A DNA stretch of 64,000 nucleotides from Utricularia gibba (taxonomy: Eukaryota > Plantae > Magnoliophyta). Of the stretch, positions 49,119-63,074 are shown in pieces (positions within the stretch are counted from its first letter, which is position 1; each line of letters starts with the position of its first letter). Under the pieces are notes generated by a model. That model was not told the DNA's origin and did no database searches. It saw only the letters and a list, made by a program, of their open reading frames with translations. Location: the NCBI GenBank assembly GCA_002189035.1, contig NEEC01000013.1, forward strand, positions 2,790,001 through 2,854,000. The letters run 5' to 3'. The translations under genes and the position numbers were made by a program.

Positions 49119-50006
49119 AAAAGATGGAACCTTCATCTCCTATACTCTGCCGTCAACTTCCATTTGTAGTTCACACAACTCCCCCGGAGAGAGTGATGAG
49201 TGATGCTTCGAATTTTGGATTGGGTCTGAAAATCAAAATATTAGAGAAATCTCGGAAGTATAAAAAACTTTAAAAAAATTCTGGGAATTATTTCCTGAAA
49301 ATTCGATCAAATTTAAAATTATTCAAAATTAGAAAAACAAATATATTTAAAATGTATTGTGAGTTTTTTTTTATTATTATTTCGACATGGAAAAAAGCAA
49401 GCCGGTGTTTGCTTCTCGGTTTCAAAGACTCCGCCTTTGATCGAATGACAGCGATCAAATGGTTGGATCTTGTTTGTTTTCCGAAAGTTTGCAATCGAAC
49501 TTCGAATTCCTCAGTTGTTGTGTAGACGTCTCTCTTTTACACAGCTTGCTCTCCTCTGTGTCTTAGCTGTCAATTGGTTGGTGGGGCGGAGTCCATGCCC
49601 TCAACGCAGGCTCCCAGTTGCTGATATTGTTTGCTTTTCGCACTTGGAACCCTAGACCTTTGATTCCGAGAGGTAAACCATCTCTTTTGATCGCCTTTTT
49701 TTCTTTCGTTTTTTGCAGTCCCATTCCGTGAACTTCTTTTTTCATTTTTCGTTGGTATATTTCGTTTCTTGTAATGCGCTGTTCATCTGGGTTTTCATTA
49801 TCGCACACAATTGCTGATTTTCGTGTGGTTAGCGATATTTCAACTCGTATCTGCTGGTGGAGTTTATCATCTATGTCAGGAATGTGTTTTGTCTGCAGGA
49901 TGTTGATGGAGATTAGTTAACACTCGTTATTGCTAATTTGTTGAACGCCTTGATAATCTTGTTTCTTTCAGGTTCTTGGGGGTGATCACTAGCAGTTTTG
50001 AACAGT

Positions 50007-51161
50007 ATGCCTTCTTCCACAATGCTATTTCCTTCATTTCGTGGCCCCATTTCTACGTTCAGAAGCGAGCAGGTGCATTCGGAACCGAGCCGTCAATCCG
50101 AAATCCTGAACCTGGCTTCGTTCAATGCGCAGGTGGTTTCTCGCTTCCGTTGTCTTTCAGAGACGAGCGATGATGAATTGCTGTCGCTCTCTTGGATGCT
50201 TATGCTGCTAGATGCTTTCGATGGTTGCCTCGAGGATTTCCGAGAAATATTGTGTGGTAACACAAGGGTTCTCTCGAGACCTCCTGCTGATAAGCTTGCT
50301 GCAGAGTATTTCGATAGATCCATCAAGACAATGGACATTTTCAACGCAGCAAGAGATGGTGTTGAGACCATCCGCTTGTGGCAGAGGCATCTGGAGATTG
50401 TAGCCTGTGCTTTTGACACGAAACAAAAGACAATCAGTGAAGGTCAGTTCCGTCGTGCTCGGAAGGCCGTCATGGATTTAGCACTCGTGATGGCACATGA
50501 GAAGGATTCAGCAGGTTCCATATTCTTGAATCCAGACCGCTCATTTGGACAAAAAGCCAGAGGCCATCGCCGTCGCCATCGCTCCGGCTCCTCAGGCGGC
50601 CACTCTAGATCTCTTTCATGGAGCGTCTCTGAATCATGGTCAGCATCCAAGCAACTGCATTCCATTGCAAGTAACTTACTCCCGCCGCGTGCGAATGAGA
50701 TCACAACCACAGATGGCTTCGCCTTGCTGGTCTTCTCAATGAGCTCCATCCTGATGTTCGTGTTATGGGTCATCGTGGCTGCCATCCCTTGCCAGGACGG
50801 GGGCTCCCTGGTTCACATCACAGTCCCTCGTCAGTTGCCATGGAGCTGGCCCCTCTTCTCGCTTCACAGTCGGATAGTCAAGGAATCGAAGAGGAGGGGT
50901 GGGCGCAACTCCTGTGGACTGCTAAAGGAGATACATGAAATGGAGAGGTATGGGCATCAGATGATGGACTTGGTCGATGCAGCGCAGTGGGAGGAAGCCA
51001 GGGACGAACTGAGGGCGAATGCGCAGGAGCTTTTGTCCATCTGCAGCTTCTTCAACGGAGGGCTTGATGCTCTTGAACGAAGGCTGCGAGAAACGTTCAG
51101 AAAGGTTGTGAGCTGCAGAAACGAGGGCCTTGGGTTGTTAGGGAAGGCCACAGAGCCTTAA
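50007..51161 (+). CDS. ROH1/BPS1-related DUF793 protein, single exon
   Basis: LLSLSWMLMLLDAF, PPADKLAAEYFDRSIKTMDIFNA, EGQFRRARKA, RSLSWSVSESWSASKQL, MFVLWVIVAAIPCQD and GLLKEIHEME. Confidence 0.88.
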   Translation: MPSSTMLFPSFRGPISTFRSEQVHSEPSRQSEILNLASFNAQVVSRFRCLSETSDDELLSLSWMLMLLDAFDGCLEDFREILCGNTRVLSRPPADKLAAEYFDRSIKTMDIFNAARDGVETIRLWQRHLEIVACAFDTKQKTISEGQFRRARKAVMDLALVMAHEKDSAGSIFLNPDRSFGQKARGHRRRHRSGSSGGHSRSLSWSVSESWSASKQLHSIASNLLPPRANEITTTDGFALLVFSMSSILMFVLWVIVAAIPCQDGGSLVHITVPRQLPWSWPLFSLHSRIVKESKRRGGRNSCGLLKEIHEMERYGHQMMDLVDAAQWEEARDELRANAQELLSICSFFNGGLDALERRLRETFRKVVSCRNEGLGLLGKATEP

Positions 51162-51758
51162 GCAGCCTTCAAGGTACACAGTAGTAGTACTAAAAGAAGA
51201 GGTTTGGGTCTTCTTTAACTTGTTTTTTTTTTTGTAATTATTTTTTATAAACATTTTAATAATGTTTTATATGAATTAATTTTATTAATATTTAACATAG
51301 TTTAAATAATATTTCATATCCTTTCTGTCAGTATTTACTCCACTCTTGAACCCGCTAGACCGAGACAGAACCAGGCAGGGTGCCGGTTCCCAACCATGCT
51401 TGAACCCAACGGTTCACCTAACAACAACTGGTTAGGGTGCCGGGCCCGGCCCGGCCCCATAACAAAACAAGAACAACGTCATCGGGGCCCACTTACAAAC
51501 GGGTGGACACCGACCCGGATCCAGTATCAGTTTTCTTACAAGTAAACAACTCATAATAACAGACTGGACTTCAACAGAGACTGCACAGACATACGAACCC
51601 GAGTTGCGGCAAGCGCTGCAATTCCTCCCTCCTCTCATCAGGTACTAAACAAACCTGGCTGCTGCTGGGGCATTTTGTCGAGAGTACTGAGTCATTGTGC
51701 TGGCCCTCGAGTTTGAGCCTGCCCTGTTTTATTGGTTTTCTACAAAAAGGGGGCATCA

Positions 51759-53070
51759 TCACCAGGTCATCGAGTTTCTTCTGTGCAGAACTGTAGGTGG
51801 TTTTTGCCTCTCGGTGATGGGAATCACCGTCTCCATAAGCTGCAAGCACATCATTTTTGGATAAATGGGACGCAACAGAGGGGTATGCTCATAGACACAT
51901 CATTTAGGGAACCCGATGCAGACACATCGTCTGATACCATTTTCAAGATAAGACAGCATCACCAGCAATCCATTGAACTGGAAATGTTATTCCAAAAGTC
52001 TAAATTGGGCAAGCCATTGATTACATTACCATCAGTGGACTAGCTCAATGATCACTAAACTTTGACATAGAGTATTTTGTAGCTCCTAAGAACCGGCGGA
52101 TTTTGTACGGGATGGATAAAGGGGAGATCGGAAAAAAGTGTACCTGCTTGTATCTCTCCCTCTTCATCTCAGCCTGCATTTGCAATAGGAAAGGTTCGTT
52201 TGCCTGCCTTATTCACATAATGGGAGTTCACAAATAGGAAACACTATGATTACCCCTTGCCTCAAAAGCCTGGCATTATCCTCCTCTAGCTGTGCCACCA
52301 AGGATTCCAGTTCCACCGTATGGGCCTTGATAAGCAAAAAGCGAATGATTGAGAATAAGAAAAGCAGTGATTCGAAGGCCACTGAAACAAGAAAAGTGGG
52401 AAATGAGACAAGGAAGGTTAAAAAAGGGAACCTGCTTGCGTTCCCTGGATCTGGCGGCGGATTCCCTGTTCTTTATCATTCTCCTCTGCTTCTGTTGGGT
52501 GGCCTTATCCATGGGGGCGTCCTCCACCACCGCCCTCCGTTTTCCCCTTCCACTCGACGGGGGCGCAGCCACTCCGTTGGCAAAGTCCACGCCATACCCA
52601 TTCTGCAGACACACCCCCGCTCCAGGAGCGTACTGCACAGCTGGGGCACCCGCCGCGGGACTCATCAGGGGACCATCCATCCCAAAAGGTGCAGTTGGCG
52701 GAGCCACAGTCAACGCCACCGGGATCCTAGCATCTTCATCGATCATCACCCCAGCTGTGACAAGTAAATCGTTCAGCGTCAACAGCGGCTTCCCACCGCC
52801 GCTACCCCCAACACGAAGAGTATCCCAACATTCCTCGTCCGCCGCCTTACCCACGCTACCATTCCTCACCCCTCCTCCAGTAGCGGCACCGTTCCTCCCC
52901 AGCACAAATGCATCCGAATCGGAATACATATTCAGAAGCAAATCGTCCATGCAGACCGAGGCAGAGGCCCGAGTGTTACCAGACATGAGATTCAAGCTAG
53001 GAGTCGGGTTCTCCGGTGGAGGATCCTGATTGGGCGGTGACCTTGACGCCATCACCTTCGATGACGCCAT
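51759..53070 (-). CDS. Group A bZIP transcription factor, GBF4-like
   Basis: RGKRRAV..MDKATQQKQRRMIKNRESAARSRERKQ|AHTVELESLVAQLEEDNARLL|AEMKRERYKQ|LMETVIPITERQKPPTVLHRRNSMTW* (TGA 51761-51759). Confidence 0.9.
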
Positions 53071-53562
53071 AAGAGGAGGACTCTACCCAGCTTCCGATTC
53101 CCTAGTTTTCCAACAGCAAAGAAAAAAGCCCCGTTTAAGACTACAACCAAATCGAAAAACCCATCTCGCGTGACCAAGTTTCAGACGGTGGACTTGCAGA
53201 GCGAGATGCCAAACAAAAACAAAAAGTGTAAAATACAAAAAGTCGGAGGAAACTGAACGCAATTTCCTCCCCTTGTTGTCCGTTAGCTCCCTCACTCCAA
53301 TTCACCTATTTAACACATTTTGGATACTCCGGAAATCACATATTTCATTCCTGTGTACTAATTTCTCATTCAATTCTAGTTCCAAAAATCAGAATATAAA
53401 TTTAATTATGAAAGAGGCAAATACCCCTATAATTAGATCTTAATTACTCCTTAATGCATGCAAATTTGGTTAACTGGTGTTCTGATGAGAAGATTTTGAG
53501 CTTACTCATGATGAACTTCAAGGGATGTATCGAAGGGTTGCTCATTCCAATTGTGAGAAACT

Positions 53563-54879
53563 TCACCAGAGAATTGGTCTCTCTGCAGTCCAAATGTCAG
53601 TTTTGAATCCTGGTTTCCATCTGCTATACAGACTGAAGTGCTCAATCTGAGGTCACGAGGAATTCAAAATAAGCATAAAGACAAGTTCATATGTATCATG
53701 GCTAGCTAGGCGTTTACCTTTATAACGAAATCAACCAGACAAATCGGTGAATCAACTAAGAACGGGCACACGCTAAAAACCAGACCATCATGAAAGATAT
53801 CTCATGAGCCCACGAACTATCAATATATAGCTTACCGTTTGTGGCATTATCTCCCTTAATTGGAAGAAAAAGAGAGCAGAAAACAAGCATCCCGTTTGTG
53901 TAGTTCTCAGATGTGATTCTGGATGATAGAAAAATCTGCAACCATCAAATGATGATCAAGTTGTGGTCATTTAGGAATGCTTCCCTCAAGCATGTGAGTT
54001 GATCAATCCTCATGATAGATTCGAAAGGTGTGTCTGGTTTCTGGTGTGGACATGGAGCAACATACAGCACGAATGAACTTTTGGACACTCCATTGTTTAA
54101 GTATCTGGATAGAAACAAAAGCAACACAGCCGCGACGGGATAAGACCATAATTGTTGAACTTCATGCAGAGATCAGACAATCAGCAAAGCATTTCATCCC
54201 TTTAGGACCAGCTGCTCATGCCTACTATCAGGGAGTCAAGTATGCACCATGTGGAGGCAACCGCCAGACGTAGAGCCAAACACATCCCGAATGAACCTGC
54301 GAGCAATGCATTTGCTTAAGTATCCGTACAGCCACAATGCATGAAGACAGACTACAAATTTCTAAGCCTTCATTCAGTTTGCAGTTTCAGCATACAGCCC
54401 ATCGACTGCAGATGGGTTTAACGTCAACTTCTCAGCTTGTTACTGCATTCCGGAGGACCGGAAGGCGCCGTTTTCAGTTTACTTGAAGGTCAGTCATAAC
54501 ACTTACAAGTTAAATGACGTCACCACTGGAGATGTTTTTGTCAGTAAGGAAGTCATCTTCTTCACAAAAACCTAGAGCTGCTATTACTACTGAAAAATCA
54601 ATCGAATAGTTTAGCCCAAGAAACGTAGCATAGAGATGATAACTAACGGCGAGCAAGCGCAATGTAGTCATTGATGTGGATGCGCCCAAGGAGAACAGCA
54701 CAAGCGGCATTCATGTTTAAAAGGAGAAACGAAACCTCGAGGTTTTGCGAACAGTAAATGAACACAAGAGATGAAAAATGGTTTAAGAGCAAAAACATAG
54801 ATCCGATCGTAGATTATGGAGGCCGAACCTGCCTCACATCGGAAAACTCCATCGACGGCACGCCACCGCTGCTGGCCAT
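53563..54879 (-). pseudogene. Probable degraded multi-exon gene of unidentified family, divergent from RPL3
   Basis: A chain of exon-like blocks, most with canonical splice sites: MASSGGVPSMEFSDVRQ; GRIHINDYIALAR; LVIAALGFCEEDDFLTDKNISSGDVI*L (TAA 54512-54510); ILKQWSVQKFIRA; IEHFSLYSRWKPGFKTDIWTAERPILW* (53646-53563). Family not recognised. Confidence 0.45.
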
Positions 54880-55251
54880 GTTCCGATTGCATCTAAGACT
54901 TCGCAATTCTAATCGTTGATGGGCTTTGAGAATGGGTTTGTTAATGAGCATCATGTGGAATTTTATATTGGGTCAGATGCCAAAAGCCCAAATTGTCAGT
55001 TATAAGGTGGGGAGATGCCACGACCAGGGTTTCGTCAGTTCGGCGGCCGCGGCTTCCAGGTACTGCTTATCCCTTCTTCCGCTCATTCCTATGCGGGTTC
55101 AGATCTTCTTCTTAGATTTCGAATACTGTCGTTTGATGCTTGAAATCAGCGCATTGATCAAATTCTAAACGACTAGCACTGGCCTTCTTTTTTTGAGAAA
55201 GATTACGGATTTTTGTCGTATGAACTTGGCGGTTTGACCTATCTATCTTGA

Positions 55252-56964
<1,713 letters not shown>

Positions 56965-57238
56965 AATTGTTGCCCCATGGTTCATGGCTCAAGGCGTAGA
57001 AGTTCTACGGTCAACTTAACTTTGCTTTATTTCACTTGGTTCATGTCTTCGGTGGATTCTCCATCTTGTTTTGTTTTGCTCGTTGAAGTTTTCCAGATTG
57101 TGGTAATATATGAATGCGGAACTCTTTTTGACTCTTCCATAGTTTCTGGTACATACTTTCGACAAGATGGGCTCCTTCAAAAGGATTTGCTTTGCAACAT
57201 GGGTACTTCCAGGTTCTTTGTAAAGGGGACGTGATGGA

Positions 57239-58476
57239 TCAAGGAGGAGGGAGTACGTAGGACGGATCAGCCATCTTCAAGATGAAGAGATTGCCCTTGT
57301 CGCCTCTGGATACCCTGCCACAGTTAGAAGATTTAGCCTTCATGTTTGTTAATAATCCTGCACTGTCGATGGGTTCTCATTGAAATTTGAGAGAATCCAG
57401 AACGTTATGTTATGTAAGGCGTGATCATACCTGAGTTCTTCGTCCAAGTAAGTGATCTCGAGAGATCCCCGAGCTCGATCCGGAGCCTTAACCGGTATCT
57501 GCTCCGCAAGTGGACAGATTTGTAGTGTGTATCAGTAGAGTGCGAGATGGTGGTCATAATGTTACACAAGTTGGGTGTGACATACCAGACCAGCAATCTT
57601 GAAGTAGTCGAATTTTACAGCCACCTTCTTGGGGCTCAGAGGAGTTAGATCTGCTGTTACCTGAAGATGACGGTATGCCATTCCACTATTAAGAGAATCC
57701 ATTGTTTTAAGGATATCCACAGGATGAAACTTGCCTGATTAAAAAATGGCCAAGACTCCATGTTTTGAGCACGCAGCGTATTGGTGTCGATCACTTGATA
57801 ATTTACTCTAGACCTTAGGAACTTTGGCCTCTGCCCAAGAACCAAGGGATGAGTACACCACAAAACAAGGTTTACTCCTGCAAACTTCATCTCCCACCGA
57901 TGCAGAAAAGTATTGTTACCTTCCTCTGCAGAATGGATTCCGAAGTTGTGTAGATGAGTTCCCACTTTCCATTGAGAAGCTCGGATTTGAGCGGCTGTTT
58001 CGTGGGATTAAGCGCCTCCAGTTCTTGAACAATCTAACAAAAATGTCCCACAAGAAAACGATATGAAATCCCCTCCACTTTGAACACACAGTATACTTAC
58101 ATAACCAACTTTCTTGATGTACTAAGGCATTTAACAAATTGGAAGAATTCAAAAAACGGGAACTAACCGACTCAATGTTTTGCTGGTCTTCAGGGGTGGC
58201 CTCAGCGCCGCGATCAAGGGAAGCAATGGATTCAAAAAGCTCCTCCTTTACGGCCTCAGCGCTCCTGTTCCGGCTTTTGCTCAAGAAACCGGAGAAGAAA
58301 GAGACGTGGGTCCTCCATTTTTCAGAGCCTGGAGAGGCTGTGAGAAGATTGTTATCTGGATTTGCAGCAAGCCGGTGATCTGCGGAGCGACGAAACTTGA
58401 TGGAGTTAAAGGCGGGGATGAAGCTCTGGGCGGCAACTCTTGGGAGAGCAGGCGGAAGCTTAACCGCCGTGGCCAT
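57239..58476 (-). CDS. Plastid-lipid-associated protein / fibrillin (FBN3-like), multi-exon
   Basis: Transit peptide, then [22 protein letters not shown]; [12 protein letters not shown]; [23 protein letters not shown]|[25 protein letters not shown]|[17 protein letters not shown]|[14 protein letters not shown]. Confidence 0.92.
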
Positions 58477-58885
58477 AGTGTTGCTGGTGTGTGGCCACCT
58501 CACAGCCTTTCAAGACCTGTCCCTTATCCTTTCCACCTGTCGGAGATTAAACATAACAATTCGAATATTTATATAACAAATTATTGTAAAACTAGATCTC
58601 AATAGCCAAGTGACCGCGGCAGCGGTGAAAGATCCGTTCTTTAAACATGAACGGGATCAGAATGCACCTCTTAAACCTGCGTAACAATGGCGGCAATCTT
58701 CTGTTATTCATAAGAAATTTGAAGACAAAGAAATTGACAACAGGAAGTAAGGTGTAGCACATCCATACAAGTTTTTGCCAGTCGAAATATTGCTTCAGAT
58801 GACAATCTGTATTAAGGAAGACAAAATGCAGATTCTCATTGAACATATAGATGCTCAAACAAGAAAAAAACCAGATAGTTTCTTG

Positions 58886-59051
58886 CTTCATTGTTAGATC
58901 GCGTATCAGCTTCTCTGCAGGCGCACAAAACCAATGATTCTTCGAGGTTAATCTGGAATTAATTCAAATTCACTCTGCCATTGAAAAAATAAAGAATTCG
59001 ATTCACGCATGAAAGGCAAATGCCTTCATTGTTAGATCGCGTATCAGCTTC
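58886..59051 (+). repeat. 28-bp exact direct repeat in the intergenic spacer
   Basis: CTTCATTGTTAGATCGCGTATCAGCTTC at 58886-58913 and 59024-59051. Confidence 0.85.
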
Positions 59052-59478
59052 GTCTCATTCGGCGGTCCATTTAGCCAAATGCCTTCACTCCGCCGCAGGT
59101 AGCACAGCAACACCGTGATGGCGTCATGTCCGAGCGCTACCAGATTCTCTCTCTCTTTCTTGAAGATCAAGAAAGGCAACTGCTTGAGGCCCATTAATTC
59201 ATCCAGAAGAGCCCGTTTGTTATACCCAAATATGATGGACAATCAACTTAGGTCCAGGCCCAAAAAATACGTACATGCAAATACACTTATGCAAACCAGT
59301 ACACCAGAAACAATTCACTACCAATACCAGAGGAAAGAAGCTGCAGCCGACGGCATGAGCGTGTGCTTCTTGCTGGTGATGGTGGGCATCAAAGACTCGA
59401 GTTTCTCTTATTCTGAAGGAATGACGGTAGCAGCAGGTCAACTCAGAAAGCAAGATAGATTGCAGCAGTTGAGGGTGT

Positions 59479-60126
59479 TCATGGTATTCCAGATGGATGG
59501 AAGAGGATGATGGCGGATCTTCGAGTCCCGGATATCAATTGCAGATAAAGCAGCAGATGAGAGTACCGAGAGCACTCGAAATGCAGGGATTTCACAAAGA
59601 CAACAACATAACGCAGAAACATCAGATCCCTGCTGTTTAGTAGACTACAAACACAGAGAGCTACCAACATGTTGCACGATTCTTGGATGGTGCAGGGATG
59701 ACAGTTTTACGGGAATTCAAAGATAAGTGCCCAGACAAGACTAACTAACCCCGATTCACCAGATCTGGATCTTAAGCTTCTCTGGAAATTCAAAAAACAG
59801 ATGGATCTAGAACTAACCATGATTTCAAGAGAGTCGAACTCCAGGATTGGTGTTGTTGCTGTTGCGGCTGCGGCTGCGAGTACACCGCCGGGGGACATCC
59901 CGGAGGTGGATATCCCGGCGGTGGATATCCCGACGGTTGATATCCCGGTGGTGGATATCCCGGCGGTGGATATCCCGACGGTGGATACCCTGCAAACCCG
60001 AATCAAGCAAGCATTTAAGAACACTAAAAATCAAGTTCGTCTGCAGAAGAACCAAGAATGAGGAAGCTAACCTTGCGGCGGAGGAACGCCGACCGGCTGT
60101 TGGTACTGGTGATAGCAGTAACTCAT
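59479..60126 (-). CDS. CYSTM (cysteine-rich transmembrane module) family gene with a degenerate Cys-rich C-terminus; possibly a pseudogene
   Basis: Exon 1 (60126-60072) MSYCYHQYQQPVGVPPPQG; exon 2 (59989-59818) seven GYPP-type repeats then QPQPQQQQHQSWSSTLLKS; exon-3 relic LVALCVCSLLNS, compared with the family motif LAALCCCCLLD. Confidence 0.75.
59886..59989 (-). repeat. 15-bp tandem repeat x7 (GGATATCCACCGCCG consensus) encoding GYPPP
   Basis: Units GYPPS, GYPPP, GYPPP, GYQPS, GYPPP, GYPPP and GCPPA on the minus strand. Confidence 0.9.
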
Positions 60127-60556
60127 GGATAACAGCACAGATTTTCGATTCGGCAACCGATGTCCACCGACTCCACCACTCCTGCGCACTATTTCCCTCC
60201 CACGAAGACTACGTAGTCGTCGAAGACCAAGACAAATATTCCGCTGAGTCAACTCACCAAGTCTCTACTTTCCAACCACCTTTCCTTTCTATTTATTATA
60301 ACTCCTTAAAAATTAATATTTGTGGGGTTTACCGTTATTATATTCCAAACTGGAACGTGTCAAGAAATAACATAGACAGTAAGGAGAAAGCATTGAGGAA
60401 TTTTTTTTAAAATTAAAATACCAATAATATTATCTTCTATATTTAATCACATTATTATGTGGTCCGTACTAAAACACAGAGGGTGGTGAAGCGAGAGTTT
60501 CACTCTAACACAGTGATTGAAAGTTTTCACTGCTTACACGTGTTGGTTTTCGGGTC

Positions 60557-62100
60557 TCAGAGGGTGAAGGGACTGGGAGGCAGATGAACGATGGGCACCT
60601 TGGACATGGAGACATTACCCACGAGGGCATCAGGAGTAAAAGTATCCTCTGACAGCACCGGTGGTTCCACCGGGTGAACGCTCTCCGGCACAACCTTGTT
60701 GCCGACAACCTTTGCTAGTACCTCGAAGTGCATTTTCAGACTGTGAGGCTTTGTTCTCCATTCTGGGAAGCCCACTAGATCTGTTGCCTTCACCTTCTTT
60801 TCAACTGCAAACCCTATCTTGACGAATGTCTGGGCTGACACATCTGCTTTCACAAGTTTGAACGAGCCCTTCTCAGTTGCCCTTTTGCCGAGTACAGAGG
60901 AGAGCAGTGCCTCGAACCCAAGTAATCTCGAGTTTGCACCGGTGATGGAGGTTATAGGCCAAAGGGTGCTGAATTCGTCCGGCGTGAGAAGTGCCGTTGC
61001 TCCGCCGTGTAGATCAATAGGTGAGGATGCTCCAGCTTCACCTCCCATGACTTTCTTTTTTGATGCAGAGGAAAGCTCAACGAGACCGGGGGCAAGGCGC
61101 TTTAGCTTCAGTCTGTTTGTGGAAGATGCTGACGATGATGCAGGGGAATTCAGAGATGTCGGGCCGACGATACACAGGGAGAGAACAGAGCCGTCCTCGG
61201 TTCCGACAGCGTTTCGAAGGTACTCAGCTAGAGTTAGAAGACCCGAGGCAAAACCGCTGGTACCCCTATTCAGGGGAAGAGGAAATTCAATGGGATGCCG
61301 TAGGCTAACTGATCGAGCACCCTTAACAGTGACAACTGCACCCTCTGCCAGAATCACTTTCTTCAACTCACCGGCGTCCACATCATTCTGAAAGGCAATC
61401 AATCAAATGAACAGACTCAAACAGGGATGTAAAATTTTGTGTAGTATTCTCAAAGGTTTAATTTTTACGCAGAACTGAGGCACCCGCAAATAAACTAAGC
61501 AGTACACATTGTATGCAAAACGAGAACTCACAGGGAGCGAAATCCGCATGTCTTTGGCATCCTGAATCCAGAGTTCCATTGGGCCTGCCAATTGAAAAGG
61601 TGCAAGAACAGGTGTCTGGTTGCTAATCAATTTCCTCTCGGCCAATCCATTTTCTTCACCAGGTCCAGTATAGGGCTCTGTTTGGAAGATCGGTAAATCA
61701 ATGTATTCCCAACTGCTCACATCTTCAAGCAACCTAAAAGGAAGAACTTTATTATCGATCTCGACATCAAACTCGTACTGTATCGACTTCCCCACCATCG
61801 CATCCCTAAGATTAAAATCTGAAATCTTCAAATCATCTGACTGAAAACCGAAACCCTTGACAATCGCCTCCTTTAGATCCTAATACAATCAAAAGAGCCA
61901 GAAGTTCCTTATACTAATCCAAGAAAGACAAAGAAAAAGGAACTAACATCATCACAACAGCTTACCGAAATCGCTTTTGTGTATGGAAGACCGAAATCAG
62001 AGCTGTAAATAAAGGCTTCCGCCTTCGCAACATGTTGAACCACGATCAAGACCAGACAAGAAAACACGATCACCTGCCGCGATCGTACCCTCAAATCCAT
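60557..62100 (-). CDS. TIN1: TUNICAMYCIN INDUCED 1-like protein, 3 exons
   Basis: Signal peptide, PYTKAIS|DLKEAIVKGFGFQSDDLKISDF, EFDVEIDNKVLPFRLLEDV, PVLAPFQLAGPMELWIQDA, DVDAGELKKVILAEGAVVTVKGARSVSLRHP and FPEWRTKP..MHFEVLAKV; ends PSPFTL*. Confidence 0.92.
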
Positions 62101-63074
62101 CCCCAAATCCAAAAAACACTCAAGATGCCCTTCAAACGCGAGAACTAATCCACGAATCTAGCAGGGAATTGGGAGGATTCCGGAAATTTCTGGAGAAACT
62201 CAACGGAATTGGACGTTATTATTTTCTTCCCTTTCCCAAAAAAAAAATCAGCAAGTTAATTCGGTGGTCCAATGCACCGCGTGGAGTGATTACGTGGAAC
62301 GCAGCATCCAATAAATTCAGACATTGATGTGGCCCCTTCTTTCATTGGTTGCTCCTTGACCCAAACACATTCTGTGGGCCCCTTCCGTACGCAATTCAAA
62401 GGGTAAAATCGGAAGAATAAATAACATGCTTTGACTTGGGTATAAGTTGTTTCACTGCGGTTTGTGAGTTCCGAATTTAGATTCTTCCTTAGATGTAGGA
62501 GTGCTGGACATGATCTCCTTCAATGTGCAATGAGAGCGTGGCCCCAGGCTTCATCATCATGAAGTACGGGCTCGCTTGATCGCATTCATACCTGGTACTC
62601 CTTGTAGATATATGGGCATGGAAGGTTTCAAGAAAAAACTAACCTGTGCAATGTTTCAGGTACCCAGAAACTCCTCCTACCAGGGAAGCTCTGTTGGTAG
62701 TGCTTGAACAATGCGGGTGAGCTTAATGAATGCTTGAACATTTAGAAGCGTGCTTAGTTCCTAGTTAGCTGATAACAACGGCTGCTTCGCAATATTTTAC
62801 TCAATCATGGTACTTGCATTATTCTGGCTGGTGATCCAACCGAAAATGTAGCTTGTCTGCGAGAGAGATTTGTCTACCTAACTCCTTTTACTTGCTTTTT
62901 GTAGTGTGAGCTGCTATACCAGCGGCATTCAATTCTGGGGAAGTTACATGAATAATTTGTGATCTAGGCCGTGAGAATGGGGGCCTGGCTTCCAGTTTCC
63001 AGCACTATAAAATGCTGGAGGAAGCACATCTGGTTTTCAAGCTGAACCAGTTATTTGAGTTGTTGATTGCTAGG

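Noticed and set aside
58631-58658. Hairpin GATCCGTTC/GAACGGGATC
   Set aside because: A single 9-bp stem, far too short for a pre-miRNA, with no known mature miRNA sequence visible.
59801-60410. Plus-strand ORFs with DIPAV or RRWIS repeats (59801-60061, 59847-60410)
   Set aside because: Shadow frames of the minus-strand GYPPP repeat of the CYSTM gene, which has correct splice sites.
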